64,000 nt of DNA, taken from positions 49,836 to 113,835 of the forward strand of contig CAVQGJ010000004.1 of the NCBI GenBank assembly GCA_963712025.1. Reading direction: 5' to 3'. Shown here one piece after another: positions 1 to 10,696 of the stretch (the stretch's first letter is position 1; every line of letters begins with the position of its first letter). The notes below the pieces were generated by a model. It was not told where the DNA came from and did no database searches. It saw only the letters and a program-made list of their open reading frames with translations. Origin of the DNA: an uncultured Verrucomicrobiae bacterium (lineage in GTDB: Bacteria > Verrucomicrobiota > Verrucomicrobiia > Palsa-1439). The translations under genes and the position numbers were made by a program.

Positions 1-406
1 CGCCAACGCCGCTCCCCAGTCGTGTTTCAGGAAATGCCACGCGCAAAAGTACATGGCCACCGCGCCCATAAAAATCGCCAACAACGCCATGAGCTTGCCG
101 GCGGTAATGAGGTCCGTGAACATCGAAAAGAACATCCACGGCAACAGATAGAAACCCCTGCCATGGTTGAGGCCGTAGCTCGACCCGCTCATGAAATACG
201 GCGTCCACCACGGAAGCGAAATGATGTTGGGAGATTTCGCGCTGGATGTCCCAAACGCGGGAAGCCGAGCCGCTCAGTTCGTTGGCGCTCAACCCCAACG
301 GCAGCCAGTGCGCGCCAAGCCAGACGCAGTACGCTGCCGCCACCGCCACCGTAAACCACAGCCCGAGGCCGGGCCGTTTAGCGTTGAGCGTTGAGGGGGG
401 TTGCAT
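1..406 (-). CDS. Multi-pass membrane protein, YfhO/GT-C-like (5' part only; runs off window; frameshift near 215)
   Basis: Manual translation from ATG 406: MQPPSTLNAKRPGLGLWFTVAVAAAYCVWLGAHWLPLG..., then after a 1-nt shift LPWWTPYFMSGSSYGLNHG...LLAIFMGAVAMYFCAWHFL. Hydrophobic helices and a PWWxPY..G motif typical of GT-C-like membrane proteins. Not in the ORF track. Confidence 0.5.
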   Translation of the reverse strand, partial: MQPPSTLNAKRPGLGLWFTVAVAAAYCVWLGAHWLPLGLSANELSGSASRVWDIQREISQHHFASVVDAVFHERVELRPQPWQGFLSVAVDVLFDVHGPHYRRQAHGVVGDFYGRGGHVLLRVAFPETRLGSGVG

Positions 407-1490
407 GAGATTGGTGCAGCAGTTGCCAGGCGGCGTTTTCCACGGACTCCAACGGCAGGTCGCGCACACAGGCGTAGTCGAGTCCGGCCGGACAGCTCAA
501 CGGCCGGCTCGAGTAATAGAAGCAGGGGCTGCAGGGCAACCCGCGGCTGACGATGAGGTGAGGTGTTTGCCAGGGACGCACCCATGTTGGATTGGTGGGT
601 CCAAAGATGGCCACGCAAGGTATCTTGCACGCCGAGGCCACGTGCAACAATCCCGAGTCGTTCCCGACGAACAACTGGCATCGCCGGATCACCGCAGCCA
701 CCGCGCCGATTGGCAGCCGCCGCGCCACCGCCACGAAGCCGGGTTTCTTGTGCACCGCGCTGCTCACTTTCTCGTCCAGTGGGCCCTCGAACAGCACGAA
801 GCGCATGGACGGCTGGCGCTCGCTCATGCGTTCCATAAACCGGGCAAACTGCGTCGGCGGCCAGCACCGGTTCTGCTGGTTCTTCATGGGATTGCAGCTC
901 GGGTGAATGCCGACCAACGGGGAGGCGCCGGCCAGCCCGTGCTCCCGGAGAAATTCGTCCGCCTGGCGGGCCGATTCCGGTGTGCTCCGAAACCACAACT
1001 CGTCGGACAGGTCGCGGACATCCTCACCGGTCAAATGCGCCGCCCATCGGAGGTTTTCCTCCACGACGTGCAGTTTCGGATTCTCGTCGAAGACCGTCTG
1101 GTTCAACCCCGGAAGATTCAAGTGGGCCTGACGTTGGTAGCGGAAGCCAATTCGTTCCCGCGCACCCACCAGCCGCGAAGTGGCGTTGTATTCGATTCGA
1201 TTGTGCGAGTATGTCAGAACGCTCACGTCAAACCGTTCCTGACGCAACCGCCAGAGATCTCGCAGAATCCGGGCCTTGGAGCTGCCCGGGAAATCCGCAA
1301 ACCGCACATCCTCGGTGAACCGCTGCTCGCGCAGGTATTCGGCAACGCTTCCGAACATCGTCAGCAACGTCAGGCGGAATCGTTCCGGCTCGGCCGCCAA
1401 CGCGGCGATCGAGGGCGACGCCATAATCACATCGCCAAGACCCGAAAGACAAAAAATCAATACTCGTCGTTGCCGTTGATCGGACTGCAT
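378..1490 (-). CDS. Glycosyltransferase family 9 (ADP-heptose:LPS heptosyltransferase-like)
   Basis: Motifs LSGLGDVIMASP, FVGNDSGLLHVASA, VAIFGPT, GLPCSPC; likely start MQSDQ at 1490. Confidence 0.85.
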   Translation of the reverse strand: MQSDQRQRRVLIFCLSGLGDVIMASPSIAALAAEPERFRLTLLTMFGSVAEYLREQRFTEDVRFADFPGSSKARILRDLWRLRQERFDVSVLTYSHNRIEYNATSRLVGARERIGFRYQRQAHLNLPGLNQTVFDENPKLHVVEENLRWAAHLTGEDVRDLSDELWFRSTPESARQADEFLREHGLAGASPLVGIHPSCNPMKNQQNRCWPPTQFARFMERMSERQPSMRFVLFEGPLDEKVSSAVHKKPGFVAVARRLPIGAVAAVIRRCQLFVGNDSGLLHVASACKIPCVAIFGPTNPTWVRPWQTPHLIVSRGLPCSPCFYYSSRPLSCPAGLDYACVRDLPLESVENAAWQLLHQSHATPLNAQR

Positions 1491-1601
1491 GGATTTATAA
1501 TAGACGCGATTCGCTGCGCGGGGACATACTACCATGCCTCGGGTCGGCACGGCAAGTGGGGCTATTCGCAAACGTCAGACGAGCAACCGGCGCGTGGCGA
1601 C

Positions 1602-3953
1602 CTAGTTGGCGGTGACGACCGTTCCCTCGCGCAGCGCGCTGATGACGATCCGTTCGATCTCGCTAATGTCGAATGGCTTATTGAGCCAGCGGGCGCCAGA
1701 CTGCTCCAAGAACTTCCGCGAGGATGGGCTGACGGTGTCACCGGTGACGAAGATGATCCGCTGTCGCAAATGCGGATAGCGTTCCCCGATCGCGGCATGA
1801 AGTTTTTCGCCACTCATTTCCGGCATGCAAATGTCGGAAATGATCAGGTCGTACTCGTTCGTGGCCAGACGCGACAGAGCCTCGGCGCCGTTGCAAGCTG
1901 ACTCCGTCTGAAAACCCTTCTCATCCAGCGCCCGTTTCAATACGTCAACAATTCCCGGTTCGTCGTCGACAATCAACAGCCGCCGCGCAGGCGCATCGGG
2001 CACATGCTCGACGACGGGCGCCTCGACCGGTGGCGGATGCGCTACGTCGGCGCATTTCACCACCGGCAATTCGACGATAAACCGTGTGCCCTTGCCGGCC
2101 TTGGTCTCCACCCAGATCTTGCCCTTGTGCTCTTCCACGATGCTGTAGCAGATCGACAACCCGAGTCCGGTGCCTTTCCCCGGGCCCTTCGTGGTAAAGA
2201 AGGGGTCGAAAATTCTTTCCATAACCGGATCGGGAATCCCGGGCCCGTTGTCCGCGACCACGATGCGGATCCAGTTGTCGTGATAGGCAGTGGCGATTTC
2301 AACGATCCGCTTGTCCGGACGGTTCTCCAGCGCCTGAATGGCGTTGGTGAGCAGGTTGACCAACACCTGCTCGACCTGACCCGCGTCGGCCATGGTTGGC
2401 GGCAGGTCCTTGGCCAATCGACGCACGATCTCGACCTTGGCGCGCTGCACCTGCATTTCTCGAGTCTCCAAGGAATCCACGACAATGCGGTTCACATCCA
2501 CCATCATCATATGCGGCTCGCGTGGACGCGCAAATGTCAGCAGGTTCCGCACAATCTTGGCGGCCCGCTCGCTCTCGTGAAGGACCTTCTGTAAGTCCTT
2601 GCGCACCTTTTCATCGAGGCTCTTGCTCTTGACGAACAGTTGCGCGTATCCCATGACCACCGCGAGTGGATTGTTCAATTCGTGGGCGACGCCGGCCACG
2701 AGTTGGCCGAGCGCCGACAGTTTCTCCGCCTGCCGCAATTGTTGCTCCATTTTCTTGCGGGTGGTAATTTCCCGGGCGTTGATCTGGAGCACCGGCCGCT
2801 TGTGACAATCCACCAGCGTCACCGTTCCTTCACAAAGCACGTGTTCCCCCTCCCCCTGGGTGATCTGCATTTCGCCGGCCTCATCAAAGAGCGCTTCGAC
2901 CCGCTTCTTGTTCTCCAACAGGCTGTCCGTGCAATCAGGCAGCCGCGGGCAAAGCGTACGCAAGGGCTGGCCAACCAACTGGTCCGCCTTGCGCGCCGTC
3001 AGCTCTTCGGCGGCGGGGTTCGCCTGAACGATCTGAAGCGTCGCGATGTCGACGAGAAGGATCGCATCACATGAAAACGCGAAAAGCTGCTGATATTTCT
3101 GCTCGGAGATTTGCAACTCGTGCTCCAGCGCGCGGCGTTGCGCGGTGACGTTGCGACATTCCTGCTGCAACGCGTCCTGGCTCGCCCGCTCCTGCTCCAA
3201 GGTCAACGCAATGAACCCCACGGTTACCCCGAAGGCGAGGACAGCCGACACGATGTATTCCAGGGCGCCCAACGCCGGTTCCCCGGCGATCAGCCAGTGG
3301 AAGACACATTGGTGCAATGACCACAGCAGCAAGCTCACGGAGAGCACCCGCGCTCCCGGGTGCTTCTTCCATTGCTTCGCGTGAAGGAGCGCGACAGCCA
3401 GGCCCGATAATCCCAGCAACACAAACGTCGGGGTGTTGATCCAGATACGGTTCCCCGCCACGGAACGAATCGCAAAGCTCCACGCCAGCATGACCAGCGA
3501 TCCGATCCCCAGTTCCCGGTCCGACCGCACACGATTGGCCAGATGCAACGTCCCCCACGCCATGCATAACGCGCTCACGCCCACGCAGGCGCGGCCCAAC
3601 GTCGCGAGGATCGCCAGATCTGGCCGTTCGTCCAGCCCCAGCGCCGTCGCCAGGTACATCGAGTAGTAAAGCCAGGCGACCGCCCAAAACCGATAACATG
3701 CCTGCCGTGTGTGGAGGTTCAGGCAGGCCAGCACGACCACCACCAACCACGTGCTGCACACCGCCAGCGCCAGCGCGACCCTCAATCCGTCGGGCGGAAA
3801 GGTCGTGCTAACGAACGCGATGACGTTCGCCAATAAATTCTGGATCATGGATGCTCTCGCACGGTCCGACACTCGATTGCCACGGGCAATCCAAATGTCG
3901 TAACGTACAGAAAGCACGAAACTTGCCACGAGAACGGCCACCGTCAAAACCAT
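1602..3953 (-). CDS. Hybrid sensor histidine kinase (multi-TM input, PAS, HisKA, HATPase, receiver)
   Basis: H-box [11 protein letters not shown]-box [11 protein letters not shown] boxes DNGPGI / FDPFFTTK / GTGLGL, C-terminal REC LLIVDDE...ISDICMP...KP. Start could be 3983. Confidence 0.92.
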   Translation of the reverse strand: MVLTVAVLVASFVLSVRYDIWIARGNRVSDRARASMIQNLLANVIAFVSTTFPPDGLRVALALAVCSTWLVVVVLACLNLHTRQACYRFWAVAWLYYSMYLATALGLDERPDLAILATLGRACVGVSALCMAWGTLHLANRVRSDRELGIGSLVMLAWSFAIRSVAGNRIWINTPTFVLLGLSGLAVALLHAKQWKKHPGARVLSVSLLLWSLHQCVFHWLIAGEPALGALEYIVSAVLAFGVTVGFIALTLEQERASQDALQQECRNVTAQRRALEHELQISEQKYQQLFAFSCDAILLVDIATLQIVQANPAAEELTARKADQLVGQPLRTLCPRLPDCTDSLLENKKRVEALFDEAGEMQITQGEGEHVLCEGTVTLVDCHKRPVLQINAREITTRKKMEQQLRQAEKLSALGQLVAGVAHELNNPLAVVMGYAQLFVKSKSLDEKVRKDLQKVLHESERAAKIVRNLLTFARPREPHMMMVDVNRIVVDSLETREMQVQRAKVEIVRRLAKDLPPTMADAGQVEQVLVNLLTNAIQALENRPDKRIVEIATAYHDNWIRIVVADNGPGIPDPVMERIFDPFFTTKGPGKGTGLGLSICYSIVEEHKGKIWVETKAGKGTRFIVELPVVKCADVAHPPPVEAPVVEHVPDAPARRLLIVDDEPGIVDVLKRALDEKGFQTESACNGAEALSRLATNEYDLIISDICMPEMSGEKLHAAIGERYPHLRQRIIFVTGDTVSPSSRKFLEQSGARWLNKPFDISEIERIVISALREGTVVTAN

Positions 3954-4099
3954 CGGGCCGCCAGCCTTGAAGGCGTTGTACAAGTGTTAGCTTTTCCAAA
4001 AAATACACGTAACAAGTTGACTAGCAACAGCTAGCGACAATGACCTCCGTGCGTTGACGGATGCGCACGCGTTGCTATAATCCCCCGCGGAACAAACCT

Positions 4100-5575
4100 A
4101 TGAATCTTTCTGTCACCACTTCCGCCGCTCTCTCTCAAAAGCAACCGGCCGCCGTTTTGTTCGCGTTCGAGAAGGAACACCTCGACGGTCCCGCCGCCTT
4201 CAAGAACCTGCTTCGTCATGTCGGCCCCAAAGAATTTCGCGGGGCCGAGCGCCAGCTCTTTCTGCTTCACTCGGCGGGCAAACTCGCGCCGCAACGCGTC
4301 CTGCTCGTCGGCCTCGGCCTTCGCAGCAAATTCACAATCGAAACCCTGCGCCGCGCGATGGGGATCACCGCCAAGAAACTTCGCGACCTCGGTATCGAGC
4401 GGGCCGCCGTGCAGGTGCCGGGCGATGTTGACGACTCGGTGGGGGCCATCGTCGAGGCCGCAATCCTCGCGACGTACCAGTTCCGCCAGTTCAAACCCGA
4501 TGACGACGGTGCGACGACGGAATTGAAGACACTCACGCTTTGTCTTCCCGCACACGCCGACGTGAAGGCAGCCAGGAAGATTGTCGCGGACGCGCAGATC
4601 GTCGCCGAAGCGACCAATTACGCCCGCGAAATTGGCAATCTGCCCGGCAACGTCGTTACGCCCCGCGTCATGGCCGACTACGCCCGGAAACTGGCGGACG
4701 ATTCGGGCCTGGTGTGCACTGTGCTGGCCAAGAAGGAACTCGAAGCCGGCAACTTCGGCGGATTGCTGGCCGTGGGCGGCGGCAGCGCGAATGAGCCGCA
4801 CTTGATCGTCCTCGAGTATTACGGCGGCTCCAAGGACGCCGCGCCGATGGCGCTCGTCGGGAAAGCCATCACGTTCGATTCCGGCGGCATCTCGATCAAA
4901 CCGTCCGATAAGATGGACGAAATGAAGTTCGACAAGTGCGGCGGCGTCGCCGTTCTCGCGATCCTCAAGGCCGTCGCGCAACTCAAGCTGCCGCTCAATA
5001 TCATCGGCGTCATTTCGTCCGCCGAGAACATGCCCAGCTCCACGAGCTATCGTCCGGGTGACATCGTGACCAGCTACCGCGGGGCGGACAAGCGGGGCGT
5101 GACCATCGAGGTGCTCAATACCGACGCCGAAGGTCGCGTCGTGCTCGGCGACGCCCTTGTGTACGCCCGCGAACGCGGCGCGAACACCATCATCGACTTC
5201 GCCACGCTGACCGGCGCGTGCGTCGTGGCGCTCGGCAGCATCGCCGCGGGTCTTCTGGGCAACGACGACGCGCTCCAGGAAAAAATCCGCGCGTCTGCCG
5301 ACCGCACCGGTGACCGGGTTTGGCCGTTGCCGCTGTGGCAGGAGTACAAGGACAAGATCAAGAGCGACGTGGCCGACATCAAGAATACCGGGGGCCGTTA
5401 CGGCGGCGCCATCACGGCGGCGGCGTTCCTCGCGAAATACGTCGGCGACACGCCCTGGGCGCATCTGGACATCGCGGGCACGGCCTGGACCACGGAGGAG
5501 CTTCCCTACCTGACCAAGGGGGCGACAGGCTTCGGCGTGCGCCTAGTGGTTGACCTGCTCCGCCGCTGGAACTGA
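4100..5575 (+). CDS. pepA: Leucyl aminopeptidase (M17)
   Basis: LVGKAITFDSGG, MKFDKCGG, NTDAEGRVVLGD, ATLTGA, WAHLDIAG. Confidence 0.96.
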   Translation: MNLSVTTSAALSQKQPAAVLFAFEKEHLDGPAAFKNLLRHVGPKEFRGAERQLFLLHSAGKLAPQRVLLVGLGLRSKFTIETLRRAMGITAKKLRDLGIERAAVQVPGDVDDSVGAIVEAAILATYQFRQFKPDDDGATTELKTLTLCLPAHADVKAARKIVADAQIVAEATNYAREIGNLPGNVVTPRVMADYARKLADDSGLVCTVLAKKELEAGNFGGLLAVGGGSANEPHLIVLEYYGGSKDAAPMALVGKAITFDSGGISIKPSDKMDEMKFDKCGGVAVLAILKAVAQLKLPLNIIGVISSAENMPSSTSYRPGDIVTSYRGADKRGVTIEVLNTDAEGRVVLGDALVYARERGANTIIDFATLTGACVVALGSIAAGLLGNDDALQEKIRASADRTGDRVWPLPLWQEYKDKIKSDVADIKNTGGRYGGAITAAAFLAKYVGDTPWAHLDIAGTAWTTEELPYLTKGATGFGVRLVVDLLRRWN

Positions 5576-5695
5576 CGGGCGCGGGGACGTGCGCCCTTTC
5601 CACGCGCCGACGACGAGAATCACCACGACGGCGACGCTCAGCAAAAAAAAACCGACCACCAGCACATTTTCCTTAAACTTTCGGCTGGGATTCAT
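5543..5695 (-). CDS. Possible 50-aa single-TM small protein
   Basis: MNPSRKFKENVLVVGFFLLSVAVVVILVVGAWKG... fills the pepA-purC gap; overlaps the pepA 3' end by 33 nt. Confidence 0.25.
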   Translation of the reverse strand: MNPSRKFKENVLVVGFFLLSVAVVVILVVGAWKGRTSPRPSVPAAEQVNH

Positions 5696-5722
5696 ACAAT
5701 GGGGCAAGTTTAGGCGAGCACG

Positions 5723-6635
5723 ATGACGAACACAATCACGCAAATCGATCTGCCCGGGCGTCGCGAAGCTCAAGAGCGGCAAAGTCCGCGAGGTCTTCGA
5801 CCTGGGAGATTCGCTGCTGTTCGTGGCCACCGACCGCATCAGCGCGTTCGACGTCATCCTGCCCAACCCGATCCCCGAAAAGGGCCGCGTCCTCACCGCC
5901 CTCAGCGAATTCTGGTTTGGCAAGACCCAGCACATCGTCGAGAACCATTTCATCACGGGCGATTTGGCCGGGCAGGCGCGCCGCTTGCCGAAATCCGTGG
6001 CCGCCGCGCGGGCCGCGCTGCAAGGCCGCTCGATGCTGGTCCACAAGTGCCAGCCGCTCCCCGTCGAATGCGTCGTGCGCGGGTACCTCGCCGGTTCCGG
6101 GCTGAAGGAATACAAGCAGTCGCAAACCGTCTGCGGGATCAAACTGCCCGAGGGACTGGTCGAATCCAGCCCGCTCCCCCAACCCATTTTCACGCCCGCG
6201 ACCAAGGCCGAGACCGGCCACGACGAGAACATCGATTTCGACCGCTGCGCGGAGATCCTCGGCCAACCGCTCGCCGAGAAAGTCCGTGACACCTCGCTCG
6301 CCCTGTACAGTTATGCCCGTGACTACGCCGCCACGCGCGGCATCATTATCGCCGATACCAAGTTCGAGTTCGGGCTGTTCGAGTCCGCCGACACCCCGGC
6401 GCACCCTAGGCTCATCCTCATCGACGAGGCGCTGACCCCGGACAGTTCCCGCTTCTGGCCCGCCGACGGCTACGCGCCCGGCAAACCCCAACCGAGTTTC
6501 GACAAACAATTCGTCCGCGATTACCTCGAAACCCTCGATTGGGACAAGACACCGCCGGGACCCGTCTTACCCGACACCGTCATTCGCAAGACCACTGAAA
6601 AATACCTCGAAGCCCTGACCCGGTTGACGGCCTGA
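5723..6635 (+). CDS. purC: SAICAR synthase (frameshift near 5757)
   Basis: MTNTITQIDLPG, then after removing one G: VAKLKSGKVREVFD...VATDRISAFDV, PVECVVRGYLAGSG, IIADTKFEFG, DEALTPDSSRFW, SFDKQFVRDYL. Confidence 0.96.
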
Positions 6636-6955
6636 AGTCGTCGGTAGGCGGCTGGTGATGTAGTTGCTGTGTAGCTGGCCAGCCCCCACGCGAGCGTCGT
6701 CACATGAAATGTCTTGCAATCCCGATACCCCACGCCTATAGCCGAAGTGTCACCCCGTTTGGGGGCCGCCTCTCGGTCCCGACGCGTCCCGTCTGCGCAG
6801 ATTGGCTTGGGAATGACTGCGACGTTCTGCAAGTGGACTGCGAGCGGGTGCAGCATGACGTGTGAGAACGAATGGGGTGAGATGCTTCTCTTTCGGCGCC
6901 GGCCTTCTGGCTGTGTCGACAGCATCGCGACCAACCCTAGACCCGTAGGCAGCTT

Positions 6956-8680
6956 ATGAAGACAACGGATGGCGGTAGGTTCCGCATCATTTCCACGGTC
7001 AACTTCGTGCTGCTGCTGATGCTCGGCACACCCTTGGTGCCGGGGGCTGTTGCCGCAAACACTCCAACCGCTGCGCCGCTTAACCCGGCCTTTCAAGAGT
7101 ATCTGGCCAACCGTCAACAAGGGATGGTTGCCCTTCAGCCAAATGAAATGTCCCGCGGGGCCATTCCGCCGCCCATGCGATTGCCCGCGCCCAGTGGCGC
7201 CGTGCCCGCGCTGGCGGCCGGCCCGTTGACACTGCCGTCTTCCTACGACCTGCGAACCCTGGGCAAGCTGACGCCAATTCGAGACCAGGACGGCTGTGGT
7301 GATTGCTGGGCCTTTGCCACCTACGCCTCGATGGAATCCTGTCTGTTGACCAATGAGACCTGGGATTTCTCGGAAAACAATCTGAATGTCACCAGTGGAT
7401 TCGATTCTGGCTGTTGCAACGGCGGCAGCAGCTATATGTCCGCCGCCTACCTGGCCCGCTGGAGCGGCCCGGTCAGCCAGTCGGATGACCCCGAGACCTG
7501 GACCGGCTGCACGACCGTGTCCGGCGTCGCTCCCCGAAAACACGTTCAGGAGGTCTTGTTTCTCCCCTTGCGCACCAGCGCGATGGACAACAACACCATC
7601 AAGCAAGCCGTGATGACGTACGGCGCGGTGTATACCGCCATCCTGGTCACGGGCGGAGCCGGGTATCTGCCACCGTATTCGGACGCCTATTACAACGCCA
7701 GCACCTACGCCTACTATTACTACGGCTCCGCCGGCACCGACCATGCCATTGCCATAGTTGGCTGGGATGACAACTTTCCCGCCAGCAATTTCAGCACGGT
7801 TCCGCCGGGCAATGGCGCCTTCATCATCCGCAACAGTTGGAGTACCGCGTGGGGCCAGAGTGGCTACTTCTACATGTCGTATTACGACACCTGGGTCGGC
7901 AACGAAGAGAACGCGGTGTTCGTGCGTCCCGATTCCACAAACAACTACGCGCGCATCTACCAGTACGACCCGTTAGGGTGGGTCACCTCTCTCGGGTATG
8001 ACGCCACGACCGCCTGGGGCGCAAACGTCTTTACCGCCATCGGCTACGAACAACTCCGCGCAGTAAGTTTTTACACGCCCGCGGTGAATTCCACTTACCA
8101 GATTTATGTGTATACCAACGCAACATCCGGTCCGACCAGCGGCACCCTGGCCAGCAGCACCGCTGGGACCACCACCCTGCCCGGTTACTTCACGATCGCG
8201 CTGCCCGCGCCGGTGAATCTGACGCCGAACCTGATGTTCTCCGTCGTGGTGGAGTTCACGACACCGGGGTACACGTATTCAGTCCCTATCGAATACGCGC
8301 TTTCCGGATACAGTAGCGCAGCGACGGCGTCGCCCGGGCAAAGCTATATCAGCCCCGATGGCAGTTCATGGGAGGATGCGACGGACTGGGATTCCACCTG
8401 CAACGTCAACATCAAGGCGTTCACATCTCTGTCGTCGCCGTACATTACCGCGCTCACGCGTTCCGGCAACAACATATCGCTCACGTGGACGACCTACGGC
8501 GGCACGACCAACGTGGTGCAGGCGACCTGTGGCGACGCCCGGGGTTGTTACTCCAACAACTTCAACGACCTCAATCCGCAGGTCATCACGACCGGCACCG
8601 GTCTGATGACGACGAACTTTACGGAAACCAATGGCGCGACCAACAGCAGCCGGTACTACCGGGTGCGGCTGGTGCAGTGA
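6956..8680 (+). CDS. Secreted papain-family (C1A) cysteine protease with lectin-like domain and short C-terminal domain
   Basis: Signal peptide; DQDGCGDCWAFA (Gln/Cys), DHAIAIVGWDD (His), IIRNSW (Asn); IYQYDPLGW-type lectin-like module follows. Confidence 0.9.
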   Translation: MKTTDGGRFRIISTVNFVLLLMLGTPLVPGAVAANTPTAAPLNPAFQEYLANRQQGMVALQPNEMSRGAIPPPMRLPAPSGAVPALAAGPLTLPSSYDLRTLGKLTPIRDQDGCGDCWAFATYASMESCLLTNETWDFSENNLNVTSGFDSGCCNGGSSYMSAAYLARWSGPVSQSDDPETWTGCTTVSGVAPRKHVQEVLFLPLRTSAMDNNTIKQAVMTYGAVYTAILVTGGAGYLPPYSDAYYNASTYAYYYYGSAGTDHAIAIVGWDDNFPASNFSTVPPGNGAFIIRNSWSTAWGQSGYFYMSYYDTWVGNEENAVFVRPDSTNNYARIYQYDPLGWVTSLGYDATTAWGANVFTAIGYEQLRAVSFYTPAVNSTYQIYVYTNATSGPTSGTLASSTAGTTTLPGYFTIALPAPVNLTPNLMFSVVVEFTTPGYTYSVPIEYALSGYSSAATASPGQSYISPDGSSWEDATDWDSTCNVNIKAFTSLSSPYITALTRSGNNISLTWTTYGGTTNVVQATCGDARGCYSNNFNDLNPQVITTGTGLMTTNFTETNGATNSSRYYRVRLVQ

Positions 8681-8706
8681 GGCCGGCTGATTGACAAACG
8701 CAGTTT

Positions 8707-8728
8707 ACCCCGACTCCGAGGTCGGGGT
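8707..8728. terminator. Hairpin between convergent protease genes (terminator or REP-like)
   Basis: ACCCCGAC-tccgag-GTCGGGGT, 8-bp perfect stem. Confidence 0.4.
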
Positions 8729-8739
8729 CGAAAGGCGGC

Positions 8740-10696
8740 CTATGGCGCGGTGACGACCGCGCATCGCGAAGCGCAGTTCGTGGCGGCGACGTTGAACGCG
8801 GCGACTCGATACACGTAGGTCCCGCCGGACTGGGCGGTGCTATCCGTGTAGCTGGTCGCGCCGTGCCCGACCTCGTCGATCTCCTCGAAGGAACCGACCG
8901 CCCCGCTGGATTTCTCCGCGCGTTCGATCATGAACCCCTGCTCGTTGTCCGACCGGTCCGTCCAATTCAGGTCCACGGTCCCCGTGCTCGCAGGCGTCGC
9001 GGTCAACCGGCTCGGCGCGGCGGGCGCGGTCACGAGTTGTGGGCCGATCTGCTGGACCGCCGCCAGGTAGTCCACGCGCCCATGGCCGGCCCAATCGGCT
9101 CCGACACGGGCCGGGGAGTTCGTGCCGGCGTCGAGACAGGTCGTGGTGTTCAGGATGACGGCCTCAATCGCATCGGCGCTGATCGACCCATCCAGCCCGA
9201 GTTGCTCGGCGCGGGACAACAGCAACGCCGCTTCGCCGGCCACCAGGGGCGAGGCGAACGACGTGCCGTTGCCGACAAAATACGTCGGGCTGCCGGCCGT
9301 GCCCATGCCGTTGGCCTCGTCGGTCATGCTCAGCACCGCTGTGCTGACGATGTCCACCGCCGGGGCAACGACATCGACGGCTTTCCGTCCGTATTCGGAG
9401 AAACTGGCGCGGGACCGCATGGTGGCGGCGCTGCCGCCGCTCAGGATGCTGCCGCTGCCGCTGCCGCCCACGGAGATCACGTACCGATACGACGCGGGAT
9501 AACTGCGCTTGTTGGAATTGTTGTTGCCGGCCGCGGCGACGATAATGACTCCCTGGGCGTGGGCGTACTGGATCGCGCTGTCGATGATGCGGGTCGGGAC
9601 GAGGCTGCCGAAGCTCATATTGATGACGTTCGCGCCGTGGTCGGCGGCAAACTGGATCGCCTCGGCAATCGCCGTCGAAGGCGCGCCGCCCACGTTCGTA
9701 AACACCTTCAGGGGCATGATCTGGCTGTACCAGCTCGCCCCGACCACCCCAATGCCGTTGTCGGACACCGCCGCCGCCACGCCGGCCACGAACGTCCCGT
9801 GAAACACGTTGCCATCGCCCCCGCCATCGCCCAAATCCGGATCGGGATCGGGACCGTTGTTATAGAAATCCCAGCCGTGAATATCGCCCGCGTAGCCGTT
9901 GGTGGCGTCTTCGGCAGCATTCGGATTCGTCCACAGATTGGCCGCGAGATCCGGGTGGTTGGTCAGCACGCCGGTATCGATAATGGCAATGACAATGTTT
10001 GAGCTGCCCGGTCGTAACGTTCCATGCCGCTTCGGCTTCGAGGTTCGAGTCGGCGCCAATTCCATTGAAATACCAGCGCTGGAGTTCCGTCGAGTCGCCG
10101 TCGTACGAGGTGTAGTATTCGTCATTGGGCACCGCATTGATGTAATGGAGCACGTTCGGCTCGGCAAAATCGACTTCCTGCAGTTTGGCGAGTTGGTCGG
10201 CGGCGGCGGGCACCGATATTCCGCCCGACAAGACCACGAGATACTCGCCGTGCCGCACGTCCAGCGTCCGCAAAATTCGGCCGCCCAGTTCATCGACGAT
10301 TTGATCCTGGCGATGATGGGGGACGCCGCCGCGGAACCGCACGATCAACTGCCCGGGCACGTAGTTGGGTCGGCCGGAATCATCCTGTGGAGGAATGTCG
10401 CGAGCGGAGGCGAACACGACCTGTTTGTCGCCCACCGAACCGCCGTTGTCCCGGGTGGCGTTTCCGTCCGCCAGTTCACGACGCAGTTGCATGGTGGAAT
10501 CGCGGTCGGATGATTGGCGCGCGCCGCCGAGGAGCGCGTGTTGAAATCCCGCAAACGTCCACAGCGACGGCGCGCCGTTGCCCGGCACGCTCTGACCGAA
10601 TCCGCGCCCCAGGAACAGCGCCAGCAGGAGCACGACCACGGACCCGCCGTAGACGATGATTCGGCGAATTACAGATGGGCGATAAAGGAATCCCAT
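8740..10696 (-). CDS. Subtilisin-family (S8) serine protease with prodomain and C-terminal FN3 (frameshift near 10010)
   Basis: IAIIDTG, HGTFVAG, AAAGN, GTSFASPLVAG; YVPGQLIVRF prodomain; FN3 APAAPSRLTA...LNWTDRSDNEQGFMIER. Confidence 0.9.
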
